Shown: piece after piece, positions 20,691-30,591 of the stretch | Layout of the letters: every line of letters starts with the position of its first letter | Numbering within the stretch: position 1 is the stretch's first letter | Origin: a bacterium | GTDB taxonomy: Bacteria; SAR324; XYD2-FULL-50-16; G965216635 | Assembly: GCA_965216635.1 (NCBI GenBank) | Contig: OZ244188.1 | Span: 1-64,000, forward strand | Direction: 5' to 3' | DNA: 64,000 nucleotides | The notes under the pieces: generated by a model | Told to the model about the DNA's origin: nothing | Databases searched by the model: none | Seen by the model: only the letters and a program-made list of their open reading frames with translations | Program-made: the position numbers and the translations under genes

Positions 20691-21749
20691 ATGGAAAAAA
20701 CAACTTGCCCAATTACTGGAAAAGAAGCTATTCGTGAGTTAGATTTTGATACTGATTATTATACATATACTATTCATAGTCTTTTTGTAAAATATAAAAT
20801 TTATCGTGATGTATTAGAAGATAGGATAGAAATCAATACTGCTGAAAAAACAAAATTAGTAGGAAAACTAGCAGAACTCTCTATGCAATATGCTCTCAAG
20901 CATAAAATTACTTATAGTGGTGCAAAAAATTCAAGCAATTATCCTATTTATGTTTATGGTGATATTGAAGGCAAAGAATTAATAATAAATGAAGAGTTTT
21001 TAAAAAAATTGAAGCAAGAACCTATTCCTAGTCTAAACCAAAGAATAGAATTGTTTTTAATATTTTTAAGAAATAAACAGATAATAATGTCAGCAATAAA
21101 AGAGCGTTATGAGGATTATAATCTCGGTCTTACAGAACAAGAATTTCATGAGGGAGTGTTACCTGGTAATGAATTTAAGGAGTTGAAATTTTTTTATTGT
21201 GCTCTTTCTTATACAGAAGAAAGGGATTGGGATAATTTTAACGAACACTTAAAAGAGATAGGTTATCTTACAGAAACAAAAAATGAAGTAACAGTCAAGG
21301 GTTTAGAATTTTTACAAGAAAAGAGAAAAAATCAAGAATCTAAAAAAGTATTTGTAGCTATGTGGTTTAACGAAAAAGTAGATTTTATTTACGAGCAAGC
21401 TATTAAGCCAGCGATTAAAAATTGTGGCTATGAAGCAGTTATAATCAATAGAGAACAGTTTAATAATAATATTGATGATAAAATTATAGCCGATATTAAA
21501 CAATCAAAATTTATTATTGCCGATTTTACCTCAAAAACAGCAGCTGAACCTAGAGGGAGTGTCTACTATGAAGCAGGCTTTGCTCATGGGTTAGGTATAG
21601 AAGTAATTTTTACTTGCAGGGAAGATTTAATTAACGATATTCATTTTGATATTCGGCAAAGACCTTTTATCTTATGGAAAAAAGATAAAATGGAAGACTT
21701 TAAGAAAAAACTAATTGACCGCATAAACGCTACTGTAGGTAAATTTTGA
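20691..21749 (+). CDS. Protein with C-terminal nucleoside 2-deoxyribosyltransferase/TIR-like domain and a wHTH-like linker
   Basis: VFVAMWF...IKQSKFIIADFT...SVYYEAGFAHGLG..VIFTC...HFDI; preceded by GYL...VTVKGLE. Confidence 0.75.
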   Translation: MEKTTCPITGKEAIRELDFDTDYYTYTIHSLFVKYKIYRDVLEDRIEINTAEKTKLVGKLAELSMQYALKHKITYSGAKNSSNYPIYVYGDIEGKELIINEEFLKKLKQEPIPSLNQRIELFLIFLRNKQIIMSAIKERYEDYNLGLTEQEFHEGVLPGNEFKELKFFYCALSYTEERDWDNFNEHLKEIGYLTETKNEVTVKGLEFLQEKRKNQESKKVFVAMWFNEKVDFIYEQAIKPAIKNCGYEAVIINREQFNNNIDDKIIADIKQSKFIIADFTSKTAAEPRGSVYYEAGFAHGLGIEVIFTCREDLINDIHFDIRQRPFILWKKDKMEDFKKKLIDRINATVGKF

Positions 21750-21806
21750 AGACTAAAATTTTTATGGAAGGTAGAGTTTGTTATTTTAAACTACTTCGGA
21801 TGATTT

Positions 21807-23135
21807 TTATTTTTTTAAATATAGAACCTGCCATGCAAATAACCCTGTAAATATACTATCTACAAATATACCTAAGCTAAATATAACTAAAATACTTTCA
21901 AAAGTCGGAATCCAAAAATTACCAATATAAAGCAAAAAAGCCGTTACATAGACAATACCGTTCGTTAATAAAGATTGATACGCCATATATTCTGTTTTGC
22001 CTAGTGCATAAAAAATACTATCACAAATAGTATTACCTATAAATAAGATATAAGGGACTAAAAGAATTGAAAATGCAGTGTAAGATATTTTTACAATTTC
22101 TGGATCTTTATTGAAAAAATTTGCTATTGTATTCCAAAATGGAGTGATACCAGCAAATAATAACGCTAAAATACAGGACACAAAAATAGCTGTCCCAAAA
22201 CATTTTTTAAAATAAATTTTGTCATTATATTGATTAGCCAAAAATGCTTTAGCTGATTCTGCAAAGGCTAATACAGGTACAAGAGCAAATCCCCAAAAAA
22301 TATGTATCATTAAATAATAACCACCAATTTCTTTTTCTCCTATTAGATTTATCAATCTTAACACCATAAAAGAGTAAGCTAAATTGCGAATTAAACTATC
22401 CAAACCACTAAAACTTCCAACCCTAAACAAAATTTTCCAATCTTTTAAAAAAGGAGTTTGAAAAAAATTTCTTATACTAAATTTGAATGATTTTAAAATA
22501 AATAAAATGGTTAATAAAAAAATCAATACTTCCGCAATTAAATTAGAGCTGGCTACTCCCAATACTCCAAATCCTAAAGAAAAAGAATAACCACCAAAAA
22601 ATACAGAATCCAATATTCCAGCTATAAGAACTTTAAATATGGTAATGAGTAAAATTATTTTTTTAAGATTTAGTGATTCAATTAAAACAATTCCAGCAAC
22701 TGAAAGTATGGAAAAAGGAATACTAATACTTTTAATTCTTAAATAACTTGATGTTGTTTCGGCGATATTTTTAGGAGTTCCTATAATTTCAACTAAAGAA
22801 TCAGCAAAAAGAAAAACAATCAAACCCAAAAATATTGTTAAAAATACAATACTACTGAGAGAAGTTTTAATTCGTTGTAAAATATCATTATGAGAATTGA
22901 TTTTAGAACCTACAAAGAAAAATAAGGATAACACTGTAGCTTCTTGGATTACTTCAATAGCCAAAGCAATAAATGACCATTGGGCTATTATTGGCAGACT
23001 ACTAGCGTCTGGTATTGTATTTCCTATTAAATAGATATTATAGCTTTCATAAATTCTGGGGATTAGCATATACCCTAAAATACTTAAAAAAAGCCCCCAA
23101 TCCCAACGACTAAGGATTAGTTTTATATTATTCAT
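21807..23135 (-). CDS. MATE-family efflux transporter
   Basis: About 12 TM; YLRIKSIS, FGVLGVASSNLIAE. Confidence 0.8.
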   Translation of the reverse strand: MNNIKLILSRWDWGLFLSILGYMLIPRIYESYNIYLIGNTIPDASSLPIIAQWSFIALAIEVIQEATVLSLFFFVGSKINSHNDILQRIKTSLSSIVFLTIFLGLIVFLFADSLVEIIGTPKNIAETTSSYLRIKSISIPFSILSVAGIVLIESLNLKKIILLITIFKVLIAGILDSVFFGGYSFSLGFGVLGVASSNLIAEVLIFLLTILFILKSFKFSIRNFFQTPFLKDWKILFRVGSFSGLDSLIRNLAYSFMVLRLINLIGEKEIGGYYLMIHIFWGFALVPVLAFAESAKAFLANQYNDKIYFKKCFGTAIFVSCILALLFAGITPFWNTIANFFNKDPEIVKISYTAFSILLVPYILFIGNTICDSIFYALGKTEYMAYQSLLTNGIVYVTAFLLYIGNFWIPTFESILVIFSLGIFVDSIFTGLFAWQVLYLKK

Positions 23136-23139
23136 ATTA

Positions 23140-23811
23140 TTATTTTAGTTGAAAATTAGAAGCACATACTCCTGTTGCCCCCTTATAATAAAAAAACGTT
23201 TGCTCGTTATTTTTCCAAACCCACAGCGAATCAAGATAGCCAGCATAATTTTCTTTAGTTGTCACTGTTTTTGTTGCGTAAGAAGCAGTTACATTAACTA
23301 ACCAGTCGTGAGTAATAGCAATACAAAATTTATCTTTAACAGTAGAAAACATCTTATCTATTAATTCTTTAGCAGCAATTAAAGGAGGTTTAAAATAATC
23401 ATAAGGAATGTTTTTACCACTTTGAGACATTTTAGATACAAAATCATCAAAAAAACTTGGATCTTTAAATCTACTTAATGTAGAGAGCGCCAGTTCATAA
23501 TTAGAAAGATAAGCATCGCAACGGAGATCTAGCCATTCTTGAGGAGAAAGATTATTTTTTTTTGATATTTGTTTAGCAGTTTGTAAACAACGTTCAACAG
23601 GACTATGCGCTATAAAACCAACCCTATCTCCCAACAAGTAACCCATATCTAAAGCTCTTTTTTTCCCTTTTTTTGTTAATAAAACATCTACTCCGTGTGT
23701 TTGGGGTTTTATTTTATATCTATCAGCATGCCTCATTAAAACAGCTACAGCCACATTTTGGGGGATTAATTGCAACACTTCTTCTACATATTGAAAAGTT
23801 TGATCAAACAT
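23140..23811 (-). CDS. Histidine phosphatase family protein
   Basis: LMRHA, SPVERCLQTA, ITHD. Confidence 0.85.
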   Translation of the reverse strand: MFDQTFQYVEEVLQLIPQNVAVAVLMRHADRYKIKPQTHGVDVLLTKKGKKRALDMGYLLGDRVGFIAHSPVERCLQTAKQISKKNNLSPQEWLDLRCDAYLSNYELALSTLSRFKDPSFFDDFVSKMSQSGKNIPYDYFKPPLIAAKELIDKMFSTVKDKFCIAITHDWLVNVTASYATKTVTTKENYAGYLDSLWVWKNNEQTFFYYKGATGVCASNFQLK

Positions 23812-23901
23812 TTTTCATTACATCTAGCTAAATTTTAAGAAAATTATAGATTTATTTTACTAATATTGTTCACAAAAAAACTTACTAAATGCAATAGCTT
23901 T

Positions 23902-24606
23902 TTAGTTTAGAAATTTAGCCCCAATACCTTTGTTTTGGAAAAAATCAGCAATAAAGCGAATAGTTTTTGAAGGTTCTATTTGCAAAGGATCCTTTTTTAT
24001 ATTTTGTTTTACTTCTTTGGGAAATTTTTCGCTTTTTAGTAAAATGAGATCTTTAAGAAAACTAGCACTAAATTCTGGGTGGCACTGTAGACCGAGTGTT
24101 GTTTTTCCATAAAGTAGTCCAGCATATTTACAAAAATCACTGGTGGCTATCACTTCTGCTTCAGGAGCTAGTTGAGCGACTTGATCTTGATGCACAACAA
24201 AAAGAGACTGTTCTGCTAGATGATTTTTGAATTGGTATTTTGTAGAGCCGACATTCCAACCTTTCTCAGATTTGGTTACTTTTCCTCCTAAGGCTTGGGC
24301 GATAATTTGATGTCCAAAACATATACCAAGTATAGGTATTTTATCTTGGTGCACTTTTCTGATAAAATTTTCTAAAGGAGCTATCCATTCTAATTCATCG
24401 TAGACTCCTGCTTGAGATCCTGTAATCAACCAGGCATCCGCATCCTTGTTGGTTTTGGGAAAAATACCATTCATTATTTCGTAGCTACAAAAATCAAAGT
24501 TATAACCTGCCAGTGTTAGCATTTTTTGAAACATAAAATTAAAATCTCCATGTTTGCCTTGCAAGGTTTTTGGGATTTCGTCTGTTTTAAGTAATCCTAT
24601 TTTCAT
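23902..24606 (-). CDS. Type 1 glutamine amidotransferase
   Basis: ITGS, GICFGHQ, QCHPEF. Confidence 0.9.
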   Translation of the reverse strand: MKIGLLKTDEIPKTLQGKHGDFNFMFQKMLTLAGYNFDFCSYEIMNGIFPKTNKDADAWLITGSQAGVYDELEWIAPLENFIRKVHQDKIPILGICFGHQIIAQALGGKVTKSEKGWNVGSTKYQFKNHLAEQSLFVVHQDQVAQLAPEAEVIATSDFCKYAGLLYGKTTLGLQCHPEFSASFLKDLILLKSEKFPKEVKQNIKKDPLQIEPSKTIRFIADFFQNKGIGAKFLN

Positions 24607-24962
24607 TTTATCCTCCCAAAATCGTCTTCTAGTCTTTCAATATCATCTTCACCAAAATAATCTCCAGTTTGCACTTCAATAAACTGAAGGTTTTCTTTGC
24701 CAATATTTTCTATTCTATGAATTTCTCCTTGAGCAATATCTATAGCTTGGTTTTTCTCTAAAGTAATTTTTCGCTCCCCCAAAGTCATTTCTGCTTTTCC
24801 GGCGATTATATACCAATGTTCCTGTCTGTGTTTATGCCTTTGCAGGCTAAGTCTTTTTTGGGGATAAACTGTAATTCTTTTTACTTTGTAATTGGGATTA
24901 TCTTCTAAAACCAAATAATTTCCCCAAGGGCGTTCATCAAATTCCATTTTTTCTGTTTGCAT
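24603..24962 (-). CDS. Cupin, mannose-6-phosphate isomerase type II C-terminal domain
   Basis: RPWG, LSLQRHKHRQEHW, IEVQTGDYFGEDDIER. Confidence 0.9.
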   Translation of the reverse strand: MQTEKMEFDERPWGNYLVLEDNPNYKVKRITVYPQKRLSLQRHKHRQEHWYIIAGKAEMTLGERKITLEKNQAIDIAQGEIHRIENIGKENLQFIEVQTGDYFGEDDIERLEDDFGRIK

Positions 24963-24989
24963 ATTTTGGTGAAATACTTTTATTATTAA

Positions 24990-25096
24990 GAGACCTTTGC
25001 CTTAGCGTTCTGTTTAGCCTATGCAGCGTTGAAAATTTTTGCCTTGGCTAGCCGTCACAAGCTAGTTTTGTCCTATTTGACAAATTCAAAGATCTC
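24990..25096. mobile_element. Family A MITE-like element
   Basis: GAGACCTTTGC...CAAATTCAAAGATCTC; contains the GGCTAGCCGTCACA and GCTAGTTTTGTCCTATTTG modules. Confidence 0.75.
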
Positions 25097-25145
25097 ATTA
25101 AGGTTTAAACTACCAAAAAACAACTACACTTTTCAATATAAAAAT

Positions 25146-25778
25146 TTGGAAAAACTGCTTAGAGCCTATTTAGACAGATTACACCCGCCTTTGAGTAAGG
25201 TAATGCAGGCTATTAAAAAAAAAGCTAAAAAAGATGAAGTTCCCATTGTTTCTGATGAAATAGGAAGGCTGCTTTGTTTTTTGGTTAGTCTTAAGAAACC
25301 TAAAAAAATACTAGAATTAGGTACAGGTCTATCCTATGCTACTCACTGGCTATTGCTCGGAAATAAAGATAGTACCGTCTTTAGTGTAGAGCAAAACAAA
25401 GATCGGATTCTTTTATCAGAAAAGTTTTTAAAAGCCTCTAATATTTTATCCCGTGTCCGTTTGTATTCAGGATGGATAGAAGATTTTTTTTTAAGCAACA
25501 GTGATAAGTTTGATTTTGTTTTTTTAGATAGTCAAAAAAGCACTTATTCGGTATTTTTAGATAATATCAGCAAGAGATTAAAATCTAGTGGATTATTAAT
25601 TGCAGATAATGCCCTTTTTCAAAATCAAGTTTTTTCACCTATAAATTCAGTCCCTAAAAACTATCGTTGTGCAGTGCAAGGCATAAAAAAATTTAATAAA
25701 GATATTTTTGCACATTCTCAATTTGAGAGTTTTTTATTTCCAGTAGGAGATGGAATGCTTTTATCTGTTAAGAAGTAA
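25146..25778 (+). CDS. Class I SAM-dependent O-methyltransferase (YrrM/TrmR-like)
   Basis: VPIV, ILELGTGLSYA, FDFVFLD, IADNALF, GDGM. The ORF-track start lies inside a MITE, so the start chosen here is uncertain. Confidence 0.82.
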   Translation: MEKLLRAYLDRLHPPLSKVMQAIKKKAKKDEVPIVSDEIGRLLCFLVSLKKPKKILELGTGLSYATHWLLLGNKDSTVFSVEQNKDRILLSEKFLKASNILSRVRLYSGWIEDFFLSNSDKFDFVFLDSQKSTYSVFLDNISKRLKSSGLLIADNALFQNQVFSPINSVPKNYRCAVQGIKKFNKDIFAHSQFESFLFPVGDGMLLSVKK

Positions 25779-25814
25779 GAAATTATTGGCATTATTCATT
25801 TATAATAAGCTAAA

Positions 25815-26013
25815 GAGACCTTTGAATTAGCGTTTTGTTTAGCCAAAGCAATCGTTAAATTTTTTTTTTTGCCTTCGTAGTGAAATGCATATTAAAATTT
25901 GTATATGGCACAATTAGGTTGTGAAAAACTCCAGTGGAGGTTTCACTATAGCCAGACTGAACTACACAGCAAAAAGAAGTATTGCCATCACATAACACTA
26001 ATTCAAAGGTCTC
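25815..26013. mobile_element. Family A MITE-like element with perfect 16-bp terminal inverted repeats
   Basis: GAGACCTTTGAATTAG ... CTAATTCAAAGGTCTC; no convincing coding capacity. Confidence 0.85.
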
Positions 26014-26047
26014 AAAGAATCTAAAAAATACGACCAAAAAAAAAAAC

Positions 26048-26076
26048 TTGACAAAAAAGAGAAAAATAGTTATAAA
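26048..26076 (+). promoter_or_regulatory. sigma70 promoter of ssrA
   Basis: TTGACA-N17-TATAAA immediately upstream of the tmRNA 5' end. Confidence 0.8.
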
Positions 26077-26087
26077 AAGATAATCTT

Positions 26088-26495
26088 GGGGATGTCAAGG
26101 CATTCGACTGGCTCTCAAAGAGATAGAAAAGCAAGTAGTGGTTTGTCGATATGGTGCCACTTAAAAAAATCGGCATAATTTTAAACGCAAATAATAGCGA
26201 TTATCAATCAAACAAAGTAGCTTTAGCTGCCTAGTTTGATTGAATTTCTACACCGATTTGAATTAAGAATCGCATTGTAGAAGCGACTATTTTGGATGTC
26301 TGATAAAAAATAGTTCGTTTTCCTTTCAGGCTTTTTTTTATTGATTCGCTACGGTTGATAAAAAGAAATTTTGTAGCAACTGTTTGGTTAGGTAGACGAT
26401 CCGCTAAACCAAACAGTATTTGGGATCGTCTAAACTTGTAGAAAGCTATCTTCTTTATTGTTAGGACCCGGGTTCAATTCCCGGCATCTCCACCA
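26088..26495 (+). ncRNA. ssrA: tmRNA; tag (A)ANNSDYQSNKVALAA at 26187..26234
   Basis: Acceptor GGGGATG/CATCTCC-ACCA with G3-U wobble; T arm CCGGGTTCAATTCCCGG; tag ORF ending ALAA-stop. Confidence 0.95.
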
Positions 26496-26512
26496 AATTT
26501 TTTTATAAAAAA

Positions 26513-26547
26513 AGAGACTGTGTCTAATGCCTAGTTCTACAGTCTCT
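26513..26547. repeat. Hairpin after ssrA with family A-like ends (possible terminator)
   Basis: AGAGACTGT...ACAGTCTCT. Confidence 0.5.
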
Positions 26548-26575
26548 AAGTTTTTCCTCTCTCAAGAGCACTGCA

Positions 26576-27877
26576 TTGTATAAGTCACTCAGCTACAAGC
26601 TAGCCAAATTGACCAAGAAGAAAGTTTTTCTCATTTCTTTGCATTTATTCCCTAACTCTATAGAGCAAACTCAGTATTCCCTAGAAGAATTGGATTCTTT
26701 AGCTAGAATGTTGAAATTAGAGGTGATAGGGCAAAAATTGCAAAAGAAAAACAAAATCCACCCTAAAACCTTCATCGGAGAAGGAAAAATCCAAGAATGT
26801 CTTCAGCTTTTTGTAGAATTAAAACCAGAGCTTGTTTTTGTAGACCAAAACTTAACTCCTACACAAGAAAAAAATCTTTCCAATATTTTGCAATTGGAAG
26901 TTTGGGATAGAACAAGGGTGATTTTGAAAATTTTTGAATTACAGGCTCAAACCAATGAGGCTCAAGATCAAGTTGAACTTGCGATGCTGCAGTATATTTT
27001 GCCTAGATTAAGCGGTATGTGGGATCATTTGGATAGGGAAGCAGGAGGGACTGCGGTTTCTAAAGGTATGGGGGAAAAACAGTTGCAAATTGATAGAAAC
27101 TTAATTCGCAAAAGAATTACTAGGTTAAAAAGAAAATTAGAAAAATATCAAACAACGATTGGACAACAGATTAAGGGAAGAGAAAAATTTTTTAAGGTTA
27201 GCTTAGTAGGTTATACCAATGTGGGTAAATCTTCTTTGATGAATTCTTTAACTCAGACAAAATCTTATGTGGCTAATAAACCATTTGCTACTTTGGGAAC
27301 TACTACTCGCATCATTGAACAATTATGCAAACCTGATATTTTGCTCTCGGATACAGTAGGATTTATTCGCAATCTACCCCATAGTCTCATTGCATCCTTT
27401 CGTTCTACTTTTTCTATTATTGCAGATTCAGATTTATTGCTTCATATTGTAGAAGTAGCTAGTTCAGAAGAAGTAGAAAATTCTATTAAAATTAGCAGGT
27501 CTATTTTAGAGGAGTTGGGTTTGGATTCTATTCCGAGGTTGGTTGTTATCAATAAAACAGATAAACTAAAATCTACACAAGAAAAAATTCAAATTATGCA
27601 AGCACTATCAAGTCAGAGGGTGGCAGATGAGATTTGGGTGTCTGCCCTAGATGATAAGAGTATAGTTAAACTCAAAAAATCTTTGGGGCAATTCTTTGAA
27701 AAAAATTTTGTTCGTCAAAAAAAACACATAAACTATTTTAAAAAAGATATTATTTCTTTTCTTTATAAAAATTCTACCATTAAAGCCATTCGTTATAAAC
27801 CAGAAGGGATGCAGTTTGAGTACAGTTTATCTAAAAAAAATGCGAAGAAACTTTCTCAACTCATCGGGCAATCCTGA
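26576..27877 (+). CDS. hflX: GTPase HflX
   Basis: QVELAMLQY.LPRL, GEKQLQIDR, GYTNVGKS, DTVGFI, NKTD. Start uncertain. Confidence 0.93.
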   Translation: MYKSLSYKLAKLTKKKVFLISLHLFPNSIEQTQYSLEELDSLARMLKLEVIGQKLQKKNKIHPKTFIGEGKIQECLQLFVELKPELVFVDQNLTPTQEKNLSNILQLEVWDRTRVILKIFELQAQTNEAQDQVELAMLQYILPRLSGMWDHLDREAGGTAVSKGMGEKQLQIDRNLIRKRITRLKRKLEKYQTTIGQQIKGREKFFKVSLVGYTNVGKSSLMNSLTQTKSYVANKPFATLGTTTRIIEQLCKPDILLSDTVGFIRNLPHSLIASFRSTFSIIADSDLLLHIVEVASSEEVENSIKISRSILEELGLDSIPRLVVINKTDKLKSTQEKIQIMQALSSQRVADEIWVSALDDKSIVKLKKSLGQFFEKNFVRQKKHINYFKKDIISFLYKNSTIKAIRYKPEGMQFEYSLSKKNAKKLSQLIGQS

Positions 27878-27879
27878 TT

Positions 27880-28503
27880 ATGCTAGATATAACCATCTTT
27901 ACTATTTTTATACCCACTGTTTTTGTTGCTTCTATTACTCCTAGTATTTGTATGACTCTCGCTTTGAGTTTAGGAATAAAAGTAGGTTTTCGTCGCACCC
28001 TTTGGATGATAGCAGGAGAACTGGTAGGGGTAAGTTGCGTTTTTATAATATGCGGTTTTGGAGCATCTTCTTTGTTATTGTATTATCCAAGCTTTTTCGC
28101 CTTTTTCAAATATTTAGGAGGGGCTTATATCATCTTTTTAGGCTTCAAAAGCTGGTTTTCAAAAGCAGACATAGAATTTACAACGGAAGGAAATAATAAA
28201 AACCATAGGTCTAATTTTAATTTAGTTATACAAGGTTTTACCGCCTCTTTTTTTCATCCAAAGGCGTGGGCGTTTTTAGCAGTTTTTTTATCTTCTTTTA
28301 TCAAAAAAGATTTCCCTTTAATTCCTCAAGTAGGAATATTGCTTTCTATTCTGCTTGTGATAGAGACGAATTCACTTGTGCTTTACGCCGCAGGAGGCAA
28401 GGCATTGCAAAAGATATTAAGCAAAAAAAATAATATCCGCCTTATAAATTTTATTGTAGGGACTTTGCTGGTAGGAGTTGGATTGTGGTTAATTTTTATA
28501 TAA
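27880..28503 (+). CDS. LysE/RhtB-family exporter
   Basis: ITPS..M.LAL, KYLGGAYIIFLG, QGF...HPKAW. Confidence 0.88.
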   Translation: MLDITIFTIFIPTVFVASITPSICMTLALSLGIKVGFRRTLWMIAGELVGVSCVFIICGFGASSLLLYYPSFFAFFKYLGGAYIIFLGFKSWFSKADIEFTTEGNNKNHRSNFNLVIQGFTASFFHPKAWAFLAVFLSSFIKKDFPLIPQVGILLSILLVIETNSLVLYAAGGKALQKILSKKNNIRLINFIVGTLLVGVGLWLIFI

Positions 28504-28506
28504 GAA

Positions 28507-29085
28507 ATGAAATATTTTTTAAACTTTGCAAAACTACTAGATTTTTATAAAAACAAGCAACTTTTAGTTTTTGGTTATGGCTCTTTGATGTGGAATCCAG
28601 ACTTTGAATATCAATCTTCGGAATTATTCACTTTGCAAGGTTTTTATAGAGATTTTTGTGTGTTTTCTACCTATTACAGAGGAACCAAAGAAAAACCCGG
28701 TTTGGTTTTGGGTTTAATAAAAAAAGACAACAAAAATTGTACAGGTAAGCTGTTTGTTGTAGCAGATGAAAAAAAAGACGGGGTATTGGGTAAGCTTTGG
28801 AAAAGAGAAATGATAGGTGATATTTACATTCCTACAGCGATACCTTTTCATAAAAAGGTTTTAGATAAAAATTTATCCGATAAAAAACTGGCAAGAGAAA
28901 TTTTGACTTTCGTTGTTAATAAACAAAGTGCGAAATTTTGCCAACTATCTAACGAAAAAAAATTAGAAACAATTCAATCTGCCAAAGGAGGAGAAGGCAA
29001 GTGCTTAGATTATATCAAAAACACAAAAAAAGAATTACAAAAATTCAAAGTATCCGATCCTGTATTTGAAATATTTTTAGATTAG
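28507..29085 (+). CDS. chaC: ChaC-family gamma-glutamylcyclotransferase
   Basis: VFGYGSLMWNP, YRGTKEKPGLVLGL, LWKRE. Confidence 0.85.
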   Translation: MKYFLNFAKLLDFYKNKQLLVFGYGSLMWNPDFEYQSSELFTLQGFYRDFCVFSTYYRGTKEKPGLVLGLIKKDNKNCTGKLFVVADEKKDGVLGKLWKREMIGDIYIPTAIPFHKKVLDKNLSDKKLAREILTFVVNKQSAKFCQLSNEKKLETIQSAKGGEGKCLDYIKNTKKELQKFKVSDPVFEIFLD

Positions 29086-29567
29086 CCTTCAAAAGGAGTT
29101 TCTAGTCTTATAGACATTGCGCTATTGGAAACCTTTAAAGCATTAGCTAATTCATTATTTTCACAACCATTTTTCAGTGCATGACTAATCAAATGCCACG
29201 GCATTATTATATCTGCAGCAAGTTTATTAGCGGCAACTTCTTTATCGTCACTTAGATTACTCCTTAATAAGCCATTATCTGTAATTCCATCTCCAATAAT
29301 ATCACGGTGTAGAATAAAATGAGCTATTTCGTGGGCAATGGTAAATCGCTGTCTTTTCTCAGAATGATTTTTATTGACAAAACAAGCATAACCTTTTGAA
29401 CCTCCAAGTTTTTCACTCTTAATAATAGCACCTGATATATTATCTTTTTGTTCTGAAAAATGCACTTTCATTCCTAATTCTTCTGCTAAAGTTTGAACGT
29501 CTACAAAATCTGGATTTTGGTGATTTCTAACAACATCCATATTTTCGTTATAAGTTTTATATTCCAT
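29082..29567 (-). CDS. ImmA/IrrE-family (M78) metallo-endopeptidase, no HTH
   Basis: RQRFTIAHEIAHFILH; EVAANKLAADIIMP. Confidence 0.9.
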   Translation of the reverse strand: MEYKTYNENMDVVRNHQNPDFVDVQTLAEELGMKVHFSEQKDNISGAIIKSEKLGGSKGYACFVNKNHSEKRQRFTIAHEIAHFILHRDIIGDGITDNGLLRSNLSDDKEVAANKLAADIIMPWHLISHALKNGCENNELANALKVSNSAMSIRLETPFEG

Positions 29568-29592
29568 TTCTAGTATTTTTAGTTGCTATTCT

Positions 29593-30006
29593 TTAATATA
29601 TTATTTCATCATTTTTAGCAAGTTTTTCTTTTACTTCTTTTTGTTTCTGCTCAACGTCTTGACGTTCTTCTTTTAATTTTTTTATTTCTTCGTCAGCTAT
29701 TTTTTTAGCTACTTCTTTTGCCACTTCTTTTGCTACTTCTTTTGCTACTTCTTTTGCTTTTTCTTCCGCAGTTTTTTTGATTTGATTATAACCAAAAAAA
29801 GCTAATAAAGCAATTATTATAGCAAAAATTGTCAAAAATACACTTAAAGCAGAAAGAATAACTGCTAAAGCGTCGTAATTATATTCTAACTTATCCATTG
29901 GAGGTGAAAAATTTACATTTACAACTTGAGGTATTATAAAAATCAAAAAAGCAACAACCACCCCAATAACAAGAGAAATAACAATTTTCATAGTCTGTAA
30001 TTTCAC
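29593..30006 (-). CDS. 2-TM membrane protein with C-terminal coiled coil
   Basis: Two hydrophobic helices, then (AKEV)x4 and a charged helix; 25 bp upstream of the peptidase. Confidence 0.75.
   Translation of the reverse strand: MKLQTMKIVISLVIGVVVAFLIFIIPQVVNVNFSPPMDKLEYNYDALAVILSALSVFLTIFAIIIALLAFFGYNQIKKTAEEKAKEVAKEVAKEVAKEVAKKIADEEIKKLKEERQDVEQKQKEVKEKLAKNDEIIY
29708..29757. repeat. 12-bp tandem repeat x4 (AKEV)
   Basis: GC(T/C)ACTTCTTTT repeated. Confidence 0.9.
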
Positions 30007-30034
30007 TAAAAATCAGTAAAAATTCAAGTTATAT

Positions 30035-30211
30035 TTATAATTCATCAAAGGTTACTTTGATTGGCTTGGAGTTATCTTTTAAGCGAATGTCTATCTGCTG
30101 TGTTAAGTCCTAATCATCTTGGATGTTTATTTGTAATTCTTCCAGTGTTTTTCCTTGACTGAATATATTAGACATTTCACGGAGTTTGCCAACATACCAA
30201 CCGTCATCCAA
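30035..30211 (-). pseudogene. HicB-like antitoxin remnant
   Basis: LDDGWYVGKLREMSNIFSQGKTLEELQINIQDD*; in-frame TAG at 30110..30112; no ATG start and no hicA. Confidence 0.7.
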
Positions 30212-30294
30212 AGTACAACTTTTATTTATTATTTAAATTTTTTTAGTTGGCTTTTGTTTTAAGTTTGTCTAGCAAACTTGGTATATTTGTATCT

Positions 30295-30501
30295 TTATTT
30301 TGGATAAGGATCTTGAGAATCATCTCCTTGTCCTGATGTTATTGTCCAACACTTCTTAGTATGAGTTTTTTTATCATAATTTGGGCATGGAGGCAACGAT
30401 CTCTTGGATTGGTTGCTATATTTTTGTCCACAATCTGCACACACATAAGTTCCAGCAGAAACATCGCTGCCATAAGGCACGCATTTTTTTTGAACCATCA
30501 T
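30295..30501 (-). CDS. Small zinc-ribbon protein
   Basis: AGTYVCADCG...SLPPCP. Confidence 0.7.
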   Translation of the reverse strand: MMVQKKCVPYGSDVSAGTYVCADCGQKYSNQSKRSLPPCPNYDKKTHTKKCWTITSGQGDDSQDPYPK

Positions 30502-30591
30502 ATTCTAATCGGTTTTGTTATTATTTAATATAAGATAAATAATCTTATTTAGATTATTAAACCATATAAATTATATATAGTCAACAACAAA

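Noticed and set aside
25855..26037. Short ORFs at 25855, 442, 54261 and 44653, and N-terminal extensions at 25029, 33965 and 55700
   Set aside because: They lie in MITE/REP or low-complexity intergenic DNA and show no protein motifs.
26460..26600. Prophage or island integrated at ssrA
   Set aside because: No integrase and no duplicated ssrA 3' end seen; hflX follows directly.
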